From Nanobdellota archaeon (GTDB lineage Archaea; Nanobdellota; Nanobdellia; Woesearchaeales; JAHJEM01), in assembly GCA_018825425.1 (NCBI GenBank), contig JAHJEM010000067.1, forward strand, positions 1 to 38,954: DNA of 38,954 bases, given 5' to 3'. Positions 26,584-34,936 of the stretch are shown one piece after another. The first letter of the stretch is position 1. Each line of letters opens with the position of its first letter. A program made the position numbers and the translations under genes. The notes below the pieces were generated by a model. The model was not told the origin of the DNA. It worked only from the letters and a program-made list of their open reading frames with translations, and ran no database searches.

Positions 26584-27618
26584 ATGATGAAAATGGATGA
26601 AAAAATGGACGAGCCAAAGAAACGTGTGTTGAGTGGAATGAGGCCTACTGGCCGATTGCATATAGGTCATATAGAATCTGTTCTACGGAACTGGATTAAC
26701 TTACAAAAGGATCATGATTGTTTCTATTTTGTGGCAGATTGGCATGCATTGACTACAGATCCTAGCACAAAAGACATTGAGTACAATAGTATTGAGATGG
26801 TTAAAGATTGGTTGGCTTTTGGCGTTGATCCAAAGCAGAGCACAGTGTTTTTGCAGAGTCAAGTTCCAGAGCATACTGAACTCAGTCTGATATTTTCAAT
26901 GCTAACTAATATCGGAAGACTAGAAAGGGTGCCTTCATTCAAAGCACAGCTGAGTTATCTTGCCAATGGCAATGAGGCTAAAGCAGATGAATTACGTGGA
27001 ACAATATCTCAAGGTTTTCTTGGCTATCCTGTTTTGCAGGCAGCAGACATATTAATCTACAAGACAGATGTTGTGCCTGTGGGTGAGGATCAGGTTCCGC
27101 ACATCGAACTGACAAGAGAGATTGCAAGATCATTCAATACCCAATATGGAGGTGTGTTTGTACTGCCTGAAGTAAAGCTATCCTATATCCCAAAGATTCT
27201 TGGAACTGATGGCCAGAAGATGAGCAAAAGCTATGGCAACACAATTTCCCCAGAGGACTCAAGGGAAGACATTGCAGGCAAGGTCAGGAAGATGGTGACA
27301 GATACTAACAGGAAAAGCAAGACTGATCCTGGTGATCCAAATGCTTGCAGTGTATATGATCTTCATCTGATATATCAAGAAGATGAATCGATTGAGATAG
27401 GCCGTAAATGCAGAAATGGAGAAGTAGGATGTTTTGATTGTAAAAGCATGCTTACAGGTCCTATGACAGACATTTATGCTGCATTCAGAGAAAGACGACC
27501 TCATATATTGGATGAAGACGTCAAACGTGTGTTGAGAGAAGGTTCAGAAAGAGCTCGAGAGGTTGCATCAGCAACACTTCAGGAAGTCAGACATATGATG
27601 ATGTTAGACTATCTTTGA
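26584..27618 (+). CDS. trpS: Tryptophanyl-tRNA synthetase, bacterial type, with a C-terminal Cys4 motif
   Basis: SGMRPTGRLHIGH, ADWHALT, FLQSQVPEH, YPVLQAADIL, VPVGEDQ and KMSKS. The exact start Met is uncertain. Confidence 0.95.
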   Translation: MMKMDEKMDEPKKRVLSGMRPTGRLHIGHIESVLRNWINLQKDHDCFYFVADWHALTTDPSTKDIEYNSIEMVKDWLAFGVDPKQSTVFLQSQVPEHTELSLIFSMLTNIGRLERVPSFKAQLSYLANGNEAKADELRGTISQGFLGYPVLQAADILIYKTDVVPVGEDQVPHIELTREIARSFNTQYGGVFVLPEVKLSYIPKILGTDGQKMSKSYGNTISPEDSREDIAGKVRKMVTDTNRKSKTDPGDPNACSVYDLHLIYQEDESIEIGRKCRNGEVGCFDCKSMLTGPMTDIYAAFRERRPHILDEDVKRVLREGSERAREVASATLQEVRHMMMLDYL

Positions 27619-27686
27619 GATAACACTTTGAACTAACTTGAAATGTAGATTGAATTTAAGATAGCGAGAGCTATGTGGAGGAAAAA

Positions 27687-29345
27687 ATGCAAGAGAAACA
27701 ACAAGACAATAATTGGGATTTGGAAACTCCGAGAACTGCCCTGGTTGACAAGAGAACCCGCAGAATTACAAGGATACCTGGGCTTACCGATGCGCAAATT
27801 CAAAATGAGTTGGATATCGCATTTGCCAAGAACACTGTAAGATATGGGGATCCAGAAAATGTCATGGCTGCAAAGCCAGGTACTGAACTAGATGAGTATG
27901 CCTTTCTCTTGGCAGCAGAATACATCCAGAAATATAATCCTAATCATATTGATCCAAAGATGTTCCCAGGCAGCTATGAGCTTGAACGTGAAGTGATAGG
28001 TATGTTTGCAGATCTTCTCAGGCATCCTGACCCTGATAATGCTCTAGGATTTTTCACAGGGGGAGGCACAGCATCTATTGCACAGACTCTCTGGACTTTT
28101 CGAAATAAATTCTATTGTGATTTGGAGTCAGTTGTCACAGGCAAAGACATGACTGAGGTCCTAGTTGCGCCTTTGATCAGAAGAAAAGGAATCAGAAACC
28201 TCTACACTGAACTTGGAAGTAAGGTGAGCCAAAACCATGATGGAGTTGTGCTCGCACCACTTGATATTCACTTTGCTCTTGATAAATCCGTGGATTTTGC
28301 AGGTATGGGGACTGAATCGGGCATTGTCAGATATGATCTTGATGAGAATTTTGATGCAGATATTGATAGCATAGCGCGCACAGCACAGAAAGTCTATGCT
28401 AGTGGAAGAGAGATACTTGCGCTATATGCTGTAGCAGGGGACGTCGGAAAGGGTAGGTTTGCAGACTGTGCAAAGATTGAGGAAGTGTTAAGAGACATGG
28501 AATCAAAATCATTCCCTGCCCTTAAACATAGGCCAAGGGGAAGACCATACCAGACTCCGATAGTTGTAGATGCAGCACAACAATTCATGACAGCATTACT
28601 TCGCGGCGATGAGGATACACCGCATATTCCAGATTGGGACTTTGCAGTTGATGGTGTCCAAGCTTTACTGATAGATCTTCATAAGACAGATATGGCCACC
28701 TATGGATCAAGTATTCTCTTCTATAGGAGTGATGTGACTAAAGCAGATGGACTTGATCTGGCGAACTACACCCAGAACAATGCGCCTTATCTTCATCACG
28801 AAGGTGATCTTGGAATTGATGCAGATACACGGGTCACAGATGCTCTGATCAAGACTTGTCCGACTTTTGAAACCAGCCGTGGAGCTTTAGGTGCTGTTTC
28901 CACATGGATATATATGAACAAATATGGAATGCCTCGACTTTTTGAGGGTCAGAAGAGAGTAGTTGAGAATGTTGAGTACATATCTAAGAAATTGTCAGAG
29001 CCAGACTCTCCATATGAGCTAATGTGTCAACCTCAAAGTGGAATTGTATCATTTAGAGTCAAGGGTAATATTCCTGAATTGAATAAGACAGTATACGATG
29101 TAATCAATGGGGCAGCAAATCCACAGTTTACCATAAGCCACGCAGACCATCTTGGGATAAGAACTGAAGAGCAGATGAGAGAGTATGAACAGAGGAAATC
29201 TCAGTTGAATAAGGGTGAGAAACTCAATGGTCATGACGGTTTGTATGTTCAGGTCATGCCACATATGAGCCATGATCAAGCTCAAACATTAGTGGATGTA
29301 TTGTATCATGTAGGAAAAGAAAGTGTCAGAAGAAAAGCAGCATAG
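27687..29345 (+). CDS. PLP-dependent group II decarboxylase/lyase (MfnA/GAD/S1P-lyase-like)
   Basis: FPGSYELEREVI, FTGGGTAS, HFALDKS, VDAA, WDF, IDLHK (PLP lysine), TSRG and IVSF. ATG 27687 follows GGAGG. Confidence 0.85.
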   Translation: MQEKQQDNNWDLETPRTALVDKRTRRITRIPGLTDAQIQNELDIAFAKNTVRYGDPENVMAAKPGTELDEYAFLLAAEYIQKYNPNHIDPKMFPGSYELEREVIGMFADLLRHPDPDNALGFFTGGGTASIAQTLWTFRNKFYCDLESVVTGKDMTEVLVAPLIRRKGIRNLYTELGSKVSQNHDGVVLAPLDIHFALDKSVDFAGMGTESGIVRYDLDENFDADIDSIARTAQKVYASGREILALYAVAGDVGKGRFADCAKIEEVLRDMESKSFPALKHRPRGRPYQTPIVVDAAQQFMTALLRGDEDTPHIPDWDFAVDGVQALLIDLHKTDMATYGSSILFYRSDVTKADGLDLANYTQNNAPYLHHEGDLGIDADTRVTDALIKTCPTFETSRGALGAVSTWIYMNKYGMPRLFEGQKRVVENVEYISKKLSEPDSPYELMCQPQSGIVSFRVKGNIPELNKTVYDVINGAANPQFTISHADHLGIRTEEQMREYEQRKSQLNKGEKLNGHDGLYVQVMPHMSHDQAQTLVDVLYHVGKESVRRKAA

Positions 29346-29904
29346 GATAGAGAAACATAGACCAAAGTGTGAAGCATTTGCCCACATAGTCCGGCCCATT
29401 TTCCAAACCTATCATACTGAACCATATACATTGTATGATTTTTGCTGTGGAAATGGTCTTACGAGCAGGTATGTTGCAGATTCGCTTGCAGAAAGTATTG
29501 TGCTTGTGGACATAGCAGATATTGGAATGCGCAAGATGATCCAAGGTAAGTTGCCGAATCCAATTTATGTGCAGGCAAGCATAATAGATGTCGAGGTGCA
29601 AGGCAATGCGGCGGTTGTGGCAGTGCATGCATGCGGTGGTTTGACAGACAGAGTATTGGAAAAAGCAGTAGAGGCAAAGGTTCCATTCGGAATCATGCCG
29701 TGCTGTTATAGGTTGGGAATTGCAGAGTATGACTTGGCCCTGCCGCCTGACGCACGGAAGCAACTGTACAAGAATCAACAGGACTATTATGATACCAGAA
29801 GGATACAGTTTGCGATAGAAAATGGATTTGAAGCAAGAATAGAGAGGATTGACAGCAGGATCTCTCCCATGAACAATGTTTTGGTTGGGATTCCAAGGAG
29901 GTAA
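29323..29904 (+). CDS. SAM-dependent methyltransferase (Methyltransf_32-like)
   Basis: YDFCCGNG (motif I), VLVD, VHACGGLTD, MPCCY and SPMNNVLVG; overlaps the decarboxylase stop. Confidence 0.8.
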   Translation: MSEEKQHRIEKHRPKCEAFAHIVRPIFQTYHTEPYTLYDFCCGNGLTSRYVADSLAESIVLVDIADIGMRKMIQGKLPNPIYVQASIIDVEVQGNAAVVAVHACGGLTDRVLEKAVEAKVPFGIMPCCYRLGIAEYDLALPPDARKQLYKNQQDYYDTRRIQFAIENGFEARIERIDSRISPMNNVLVGIPRR

Positions 29905-29906
29905 AA

Positions 29907-31046
29907 ATGAAAGAAGACAAACATATATTATTGGATTTATTGGGGCATGACACCCAGAACTCAAACAGACAGGGTTTTGCGAGTACAAATCAAGCACTGA
30001 ATAGTGTTGCAGAGATTTTAAGCTATGCAGGTGTCAAAGTAGAGTTCCAGGATTATACTGTTGATTCAGGTAACGGTCAACAGGTTGCAAGAAAGAATCT
30101 TGTGGCCAAGCTTGAGGAGAATGCAGAATTACCAACAGTTGGATTGCAAGGACATATTGATACTGTTCCGTTTGGTGACTATGGGGGAAATCCATTAGGG
30201 GAGAAAGAAGGTGGACGAATCTATGGTCGAGGTGCAGTTGATATGAAAGCAAGCCTTGCGAGCATGATCTATGTCATGATGCGAGCACCAGGCATGGCTA
30301 ATTTGGCAGTGAATCCTAGATTGATCATCACGTCTGATGAAGAGGCACATTCATTTGCAGGGATTAAAAGATTTTTAGAAGACAATCCTCCTATTGACTT
30401 TGCAATCTGCGGAGAGCCTACTGGCATGCAGGTTGTAGACAGGGGCAAAGGTGCAATCAGTGCAGTAATTGATGTTTTCGGCAAATCAGGACATGGAAGT
30501 AGGCCTTATCAAGGAGAGAATGCAATTGTAAAAGCTCTTCCACTCCTAAATGATCTGGCAGCATTGAGTTCAGGGATACGATATGTTACCAATCCAGATT
30601 TTGAATCCTCTGATTCGTATTCGCACAGGAGTTCAATGAACATTGGACGGATTCAGGCTGGTGAAACGGTAAATGTCATACCTGCGCAACTGAGAATTGA
30701 GTTGGAGATGCGATGTGTTCAACCCTCAGATAAGTATCTTGCTCTTTTGGAAGAGACTATGGCACCACATCGTGATCTAGTGGGTGCTTACAATGTTGTT
30801 TTTGCCCACGATCCGATGCGAGTTCAGTTGGATAAAGATAGTCCACTATGTGGGAAAGTGTTGATGCTTTCAAATGAAAGTGGAGTTTTTAATGGATTCA
30901 GCGAAGCAGTTCTCTTGAATGACACAGGTATACCTACAATTGTCTATGGTGTTTGTGACAGCAGGATGTGCCACTCAAGTCAGGAATATGTAGATATAGC
31001 AGACCTAAAAGCGTACACACAGAAACTTACTGATTTCATAAGCTAA
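29907..31046 (+). CDS. M20 family metallo-amidohydrolase (ArgE/DapE-like)
   Basis: GHIDTV, GRGAVDMK, SDEE, GEPT, GHGS.P..GENAI and a C-terminal H..EY; the metal ligands appear intact. Confidence 0.9.
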   Translation: MKEDKHILLDLLGHDTQNSNRQGFASTNQALNSVAEILSYAGVKVEFQDYTVDSGNGQQVARKNLVAKLEENAELPTVGLQGHIDTVPFGDYGGNPLGEKEGGRIYGRGAVDMKASLASMIYVMMRAPGMANLAVNPRLIITSDEEAHSFAGIKRFLEDNPPIDFAICGEPTGMQVVDRGKGAISAVIDVFGKSGHGSRPYQGENAIVKALPLLNDLAALSSGIRYVTNPDFESSDSYSHRSSMNIGRIQAGETVNVIPAQLRIELEMRCVQPSDKYLALLEETMAPHRDLVGAYNVVFAHDPMRVQLDKDSPLCGKVLMLSNESGVFNGFSEAVLLNDTGIPTIVYGVCDSRMCHSSQEYVDIADLKAYTQKLTDFIS

Positions 31047-31360
31047 AAATTGAATAAATGCATTCGTAAAAATTCCGGAAAATAAAGGAAAATTATTTAA
31101 ATGACGTGAGAGTTGAAGATGATATGCGAAAAGCAAATGCGAGTGGTTGCCCGTGGCAAAAGCATTGAGTTCTTCTTAGATATAGCAATACACAAAATTA
31201 GTCAATTAATTCAAATTATTGATAAGTTGTTTTTTGATTCTAGGTATAGCTATATCTTTACAAGATTCTGGCGTTGTTAATCTACATTTTTCTTAAATTT
31301 AGGTCTAAATTCAATACAGGTTTTGCCTGAAATATAATATCAATATTATTTGGAAAATAC

Positions 31361-33478
31361 TTGGAAAAAATGATACCGCAACAACTAATGACAGAAACAC
31401 ACTTGGATCAGCTGTCTCTTGGTGGAAAAGGGTTTCACCTTGAGCTACTTCGTAGAGGAGGATTTAATATTCCAAGGACATATAATGGACAAAACTACTC
31501 TTCAATACAAGAATCAGGCCCTTTTGTTGTCAGGAGTAGTTCTGCACTAGAGGATTCTGTAGATCAAACTGCAGCTGGACAATATACCACGCTAAAAGGT
31601 GTGCTTTATGAAAATTTGGAGGAAGCTATTGCAAAAGTAAGGAGCTTTTATGATCAAGGTGATGTTGTTATTCAACCAGATCTTACTCATAGGATGCAAT
31701 TCTCAGGGGTTGCTTATTCAAATCTAAATGGAAAAACATTGCTTTGCATGGGACGACACAATCAGGTCCAGGATATTGTTGAAGGGGTTGATTCTGAGAC
31801 AGAGGTATACATTAAGGGTGATGAAGTCAAATTATTGGGAAGACCCCTTAATCCAGATGTGATATCAAAGGTGAACACGAATGTTCTTGAGGTAGAGAAT
31901 TATTTTGGAAGACCTATGGACATAGAGTTTGCCATAATTGATGATGAAGTTGTGGTTTTGCAAGCACGTCCTCTTCCAAATCTTAGCGATGAGGCATTAA
32001 GAGAACATGAAAGACGACAACTGGGGTGTTTATTCCAGAATCAGGAGGATATCGGACTAGATGAAAAAATTCTTGGTGTGGGTAATTATCGAGAGATTCT
32101 GGGGGATGACAAAGCCACTCTTTTGAGTGCAAGCATATTTAATTATTGTTTTGCAGGAGATGGGGTCTCAAAGTTAGGTGGTGTCCAACTTGGGAGAAAT
32201 GAACTCGGGTATGATGTTGGTACAGAGATTTTTCCATGGGTTTGCATGGTAGGAGGAAATCTGTACTATAATTTTGCTGGTGATGCCCTTCAATTCAGGC
32301 CCAAAGGGATTGATCTTGAACAGATGGTTAAGGTAGTAAATGACGTGTATTTTCCTCAAGTGCGAGCTAAGGTTGACTTACTAAATTATTCTGAGTTGAG
32401 ACTCTATGTGCAGTTCCCAGATCAAGCAGAAGAAATTGGTCTGGATCCAGAACCGTTCAGAGAGCTTGCCAGAAAAAATCTTGAGAGTATTGCATCAATT
32501 GACATCCCGACAGAGGCTCCTAGAAAAAAAATTGCAGAGATCAGATCAACTGCCAAAGAGTGTTACCTGGATATATTAGCTGCTTCAGATGATATTAGAA
32601 CAGGTAGTGCAAAGGAGTATGTCAAGGCTGCAAGATTGGCATTTTTTGCTCTAGAAAACATGAGGATGAATTTAGAACTTCTGCAAATTGAGATGCCTGA
32701 AGAATATGTCCGACTATCTGAACTGTTTGGCAGTGCTGACCCTTCTGGTTTGAGGGATGCTATTGCATATGATGAGAGTATTTCTTCTTTTGAGCTTCCT
32801 GATACTGAGGAGTATAGATATGTTGGATCATTTGAACTCACTCTGCCAAGAGGTGTACCTCCTGATAGGAAATTCAAGAAAGGAAAACCTTTGCAAGGTT
32901 TGCAGGAAGAAGTTGATCAGTTGCGCCAGGTTCTTGGATATCGTGAAAAAGTGAAATTTGAATTGTTCAAGGAATATGATTATTTAGGGCAGCTTGTGAA
33001 TCAGTACGGTGAACTTACCGGTCTTGGAGATGATGTTTTTCATCTGGATCTTGATGAATTGGCTTTGGCATACGAAGAGCCTACCTTGGCAAAATATCGC
33101 ATTGGGATCAAGCATGATGTCTCAGAGAGAAAATTGTTTGGGGACCCATTATTTGAAAAAGACTTGAACAGTGATGAGATCAAAACATATGAGCAAAGGC
33201 CTCAATTGATATTTGGCAGATTACCAGAGGAGACTCACGTACGTGTTGGAGAAAATGCATATATAGTCAATTCTGTTGATCAGACAGTTGAGATACCTGA
33301 GAGTGCTAAGGTTGTTTTTGTTCCTGAGAATATTAGACCTGGATCACATTTGTTTACAGTGTTGTCTGACTATGGTGTGCCTGTGATTAGCGTGCCTAGG
33401 GATGAACTTGCAAAACTTGATAAAGATGAGATTTACTTAAGGAGGGAGAATGGCTATGTCACAATCGATCACGAATAA
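31361..33478 (+). CDS. PEP-synthase/PPDK-like phosphotransferase with ATP-grasp, substrate and C-terminal phospho-His swivel domains (RPH/Cj1418-like architecture)
   Basis: LGGKG..L, VVRSSSALED...AGQY, SGVAYS and DIEFA...LQARP, plus C-terminal PGSHLFTVLSDYGVPVI. Start may be TTG 31361 or a downstream ATG. Confidence 0.82.
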   Translation: MEKMIPQQLMTETHLDQLSLGGKGFHLELLRRGGFNIPRTYNGQNYSSIQESGPFVVRSSSALEDSVDQTAAGQYTTLKGVLYENLEEAIAKVRSFYDQGDVVIQPDLTHRMQFSGVAYSNLNGKTLLCMGRHNQVQDIVEGVDSETEVYIKGDEVKLLGRPLNPDVISKVNTNVLEVENYFGRPMDIEFAIIDDEVVVLQARPLPNLSDEALREHERRQLGCLFQNQEDIGLDEKILGVGNYREILGDDKATLLSASIFNYCFAGDGVSKLGGVQLGRNELGYDVGTEIFPWVCMVGGNLYYNFAGDALQFRPKGIDLEQMVKVVNDVYFPQVRAKVDLLNYSELRLYVQFPDQAEEIGLDPEPFRELARKNLESIASIDIPTEAPRKKIAEIRSTAKECYLDILAASDDIRTGSAKEYVKAARLAFFALENMRMNLELLQIEMPEEYVRLSELFGSADPSGLRDAIAYDESISSFELPDTEEYRYVGSFELTLPRGVPPDRKFKKGKPLQGLQEEVDQLRQVLGYREKVKFELFKEYDYLGQLVNQYGELTGLGDDVFHLDLDELALAYEEPTLAKYRIGIKHDVSERKLFGDPLFEKDLNSDEIKTYEQRPQLIFGRLPEETHVRVGENAYIVNSVDQTVEIPESAKVVFVPENIRPGSHLFTVLSDYGVPVISVPRDELAKLDKDEIYLRRENGYVTIDHE

Positions 33479-34028
33479 GTCTATCTTGAATAAATCGATC
33501 ATGATAAGGCACGGAAGCGGTATTAAGAACTGGGATGATATGGATTACTCAGAACTCATTCGATTGATCAGGCAGGAAAAAGATCTTGAGCTAGACCTAG
33601 CGTGTCTTAAATCAATTAATTTTGATATACTTCGGAATCTAGAGCCTGAATTAGTGATATGTTCGCCTATGACGCGTACCTTGGAAACTGCAAAATTCAT
33701 TGCAAAAGAATTGGGTTTGGAATATCAGATAGATAATAGTCTTCAGGAAATTCACTTTGAAGATTTACCTAAGAGCAAATATGAAAATGGGCCAAAGCAA
33801 ATGATAGATTATCTATTTGAAAAATCATTGCTTCACAAAAATACCTTTGATTGTAAGAAAGTACAAGGCAATGTAATAATTGTTACCCATAGTTTTCTTA
33901 TGCGCCTGATTTACGCTGATCTTTTCAACGTTGATGTCTCGACCCTGAAAGATGATTTGAGATTTAAGACATATTTAGCAGGATTTGCATTGGGTGATGG
34001 CAAAGGTGTGTTTTTGAGAAAAAAATAA
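33450..34028 (+). CDS. Histidine phosphatase superfamily protein
   Basis: IRHG, CSPMTRTLETA, LQEI and IVTHS; overlaps the kinase 3' end. Confidence 0.85.
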   Translation: MAMSQSITNKSILNKSIMIRHGSGIKNWDDMDYSELIRLIRQEKDLELDLACLKSINFDILRNLEPELVICSPMTRTLETAKFIAKELGLEYQIDNSLQEIHFEDLPKSKYENGPKQMIDYLFEKSLLHKNTFDCKKVQGNVIIVTHSFLMRLIYADLFNVDVSTLKDDLRFKTYLAGFALGDGKGVFLRKK

Positions 34029-34044
34029 CCAAAACTTGACCTTA

Positions 34045-34674
34045 TTAAAATTTTAATACGTCCATAACATTCCCTAAATCCTTCTCCTCTATAACAAATA
34101 TAGTATCTGTCCAGCAGCTCATGGTTTCAACTATATTGATCTCCTTATCACCAAACAAGCTATATAGATAGGCCATGACTCCTGGCACATTTTCCAAATC
34201 AGCAGAACTTTTTACTGTGACTTCAATGAGGTTCTCATTTATTCGTATTATCTTGTTCTTGAAGGTTTGCTTTACTCTGCCTAAGAATTCTTGGCTTGTG
34301 ATGACTGTTATGGCATTTACGCCCTCTATTACGCGAAAGAGTTCGTTTTTTGCTTTTACTTCCTTGTTCAGACTCAATAGATTGTTGAAAAATATGTTCT
34401 TTTCAACTACAGCAACAGCTACTTTGTTCTTGATTTCTAGATTTGAATTCTTGAGGATCTGGCGTACCTGATTCTCAGCACCTGGTTTTTTGCGTAGCTT
34501 GTCACCATATCTCCTGCAGGCAATGAGAACTGCATCAAAATGCTTTGCTGGAATCTTGACTTCCTTACATATCTGTCTCGATAGTGCAGAGTAGTTGATT
34601 AACCCAGTTCTCAAGCAATCCTTTGTGCCTTTTGATCCTGAGAGGTATTCCTCAACTGCCCTTTGTATGTTCAT
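34045..34674 (-). CDS. ACT-domain amino-acid-sensing regulator-like protein
   Basis: N-terminal 'DCL..GLINYSALSR.I...AVLIACRRY' and C-terminal ACT 'PGVMAYLYSLF....INIVETMSCWTD'. Start moved to ATG 34674, ~25 nt from the TATA; divergent from argGH. Confidence 0.8.
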   Translation of the reverse strand: MNIQRAVEEYLSGSKGTKDCLRTGLINYSALSRQICKEVKIPAKHFDAVLIACRRYGDKLRKKPGAENQVRQILKNSNLEIKNKVAVAVVEKNIFFNNLLSLNKEVKAKNELFRVIEGVNAITVITSQEFLGRVKQTFKNKIIRINENLIEVTVKSSADLENVPGVMAYLYSLFGDKEINIVETMSCWTDTIFVIEEKDLGNVMDVLKF

Positions 34675-34716
34675 GTGGTATAGCAATGTATCCATGTATT
34701 TAAATGTTTTGTTTCA

Positions 34717-34738
34717 GACATAATTGTATGATTATGTC
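34717..34738. promoter_or_regulatory. Palindromic operator candidate between divergent promoters
   Basis: GACATAAT-tgtatg-ATTATGTC, a perfect 8-6-8 inverted repeat between TATA-like boxes at ~34697-34704 (-) and ~34757-34764 (+). Confidence 0.65.
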
Positions 34739-34793
34739 CTTTTTTAGACGATAATATTTTAAATCAAACCGATTCAACAGGGTTTGAGTTAAA

Positions 34794-34865
34794 ATGAATA
34801 CCTACCAACTATACCTAACAACTGCATCTCTGGTGCAGATTTCTTGTACAGTTAGAAGACGGTAG
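34794..34865 (+). CDS. Putative arginine-sensing leader peptide (23 aa, ends RRR)
   Basis: MNTYQLYLTTASLVQISCTVRRR*; its only Arg codons (AGA AGA CGG) come just before the stop. Lies 71 nt upstream of argG and ~30 nt after a TATA. Confidence 0.6.
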   Translation: MNTYQLYLTTASLVQISCTVRRR

Positions 34866-34936
34866 ATGTAATTCAGTGGCCCACTACTTTTCTTTATGAA
34901 AAAAACAAATTAGTTAAAAATTGAGAGGTAAACAAA

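Noticed and set aside
29326-29997. 223-aa minus-strand ORF
   Set aside because: It lies opposite the motif-bearing methyltransferase and M20 start and has no recognisable motifs.
29907-31046. Assigning argE or dapE
   Set aside because: M20 motifs do not define the substrate, and the gene is coupled to the methyltransferase rather than to argGH.
31124-31168. 14-codon ORF MRKANASGCPWQKH as a precursor peptide or Trp leader
   Set aside because: It has a single Trp codon and no clear SD or supporting structure, and ORFs this small arise by chance. Worth revisiting only if conserved.
31361-33478. PEP synthase (ppsA)
   Set aside because: It lacks the C-terminal PEP/pyruvate-binding barrel, and the His domain is terminal.
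27687-34028. Psilocybin pathway
   Set aside because: The decarboxylase/kinase/methyltransferase/phosphatase logic is only superficially similar: the families differ from PsiD, PsiK and PsiM and there is no hydroxylase.
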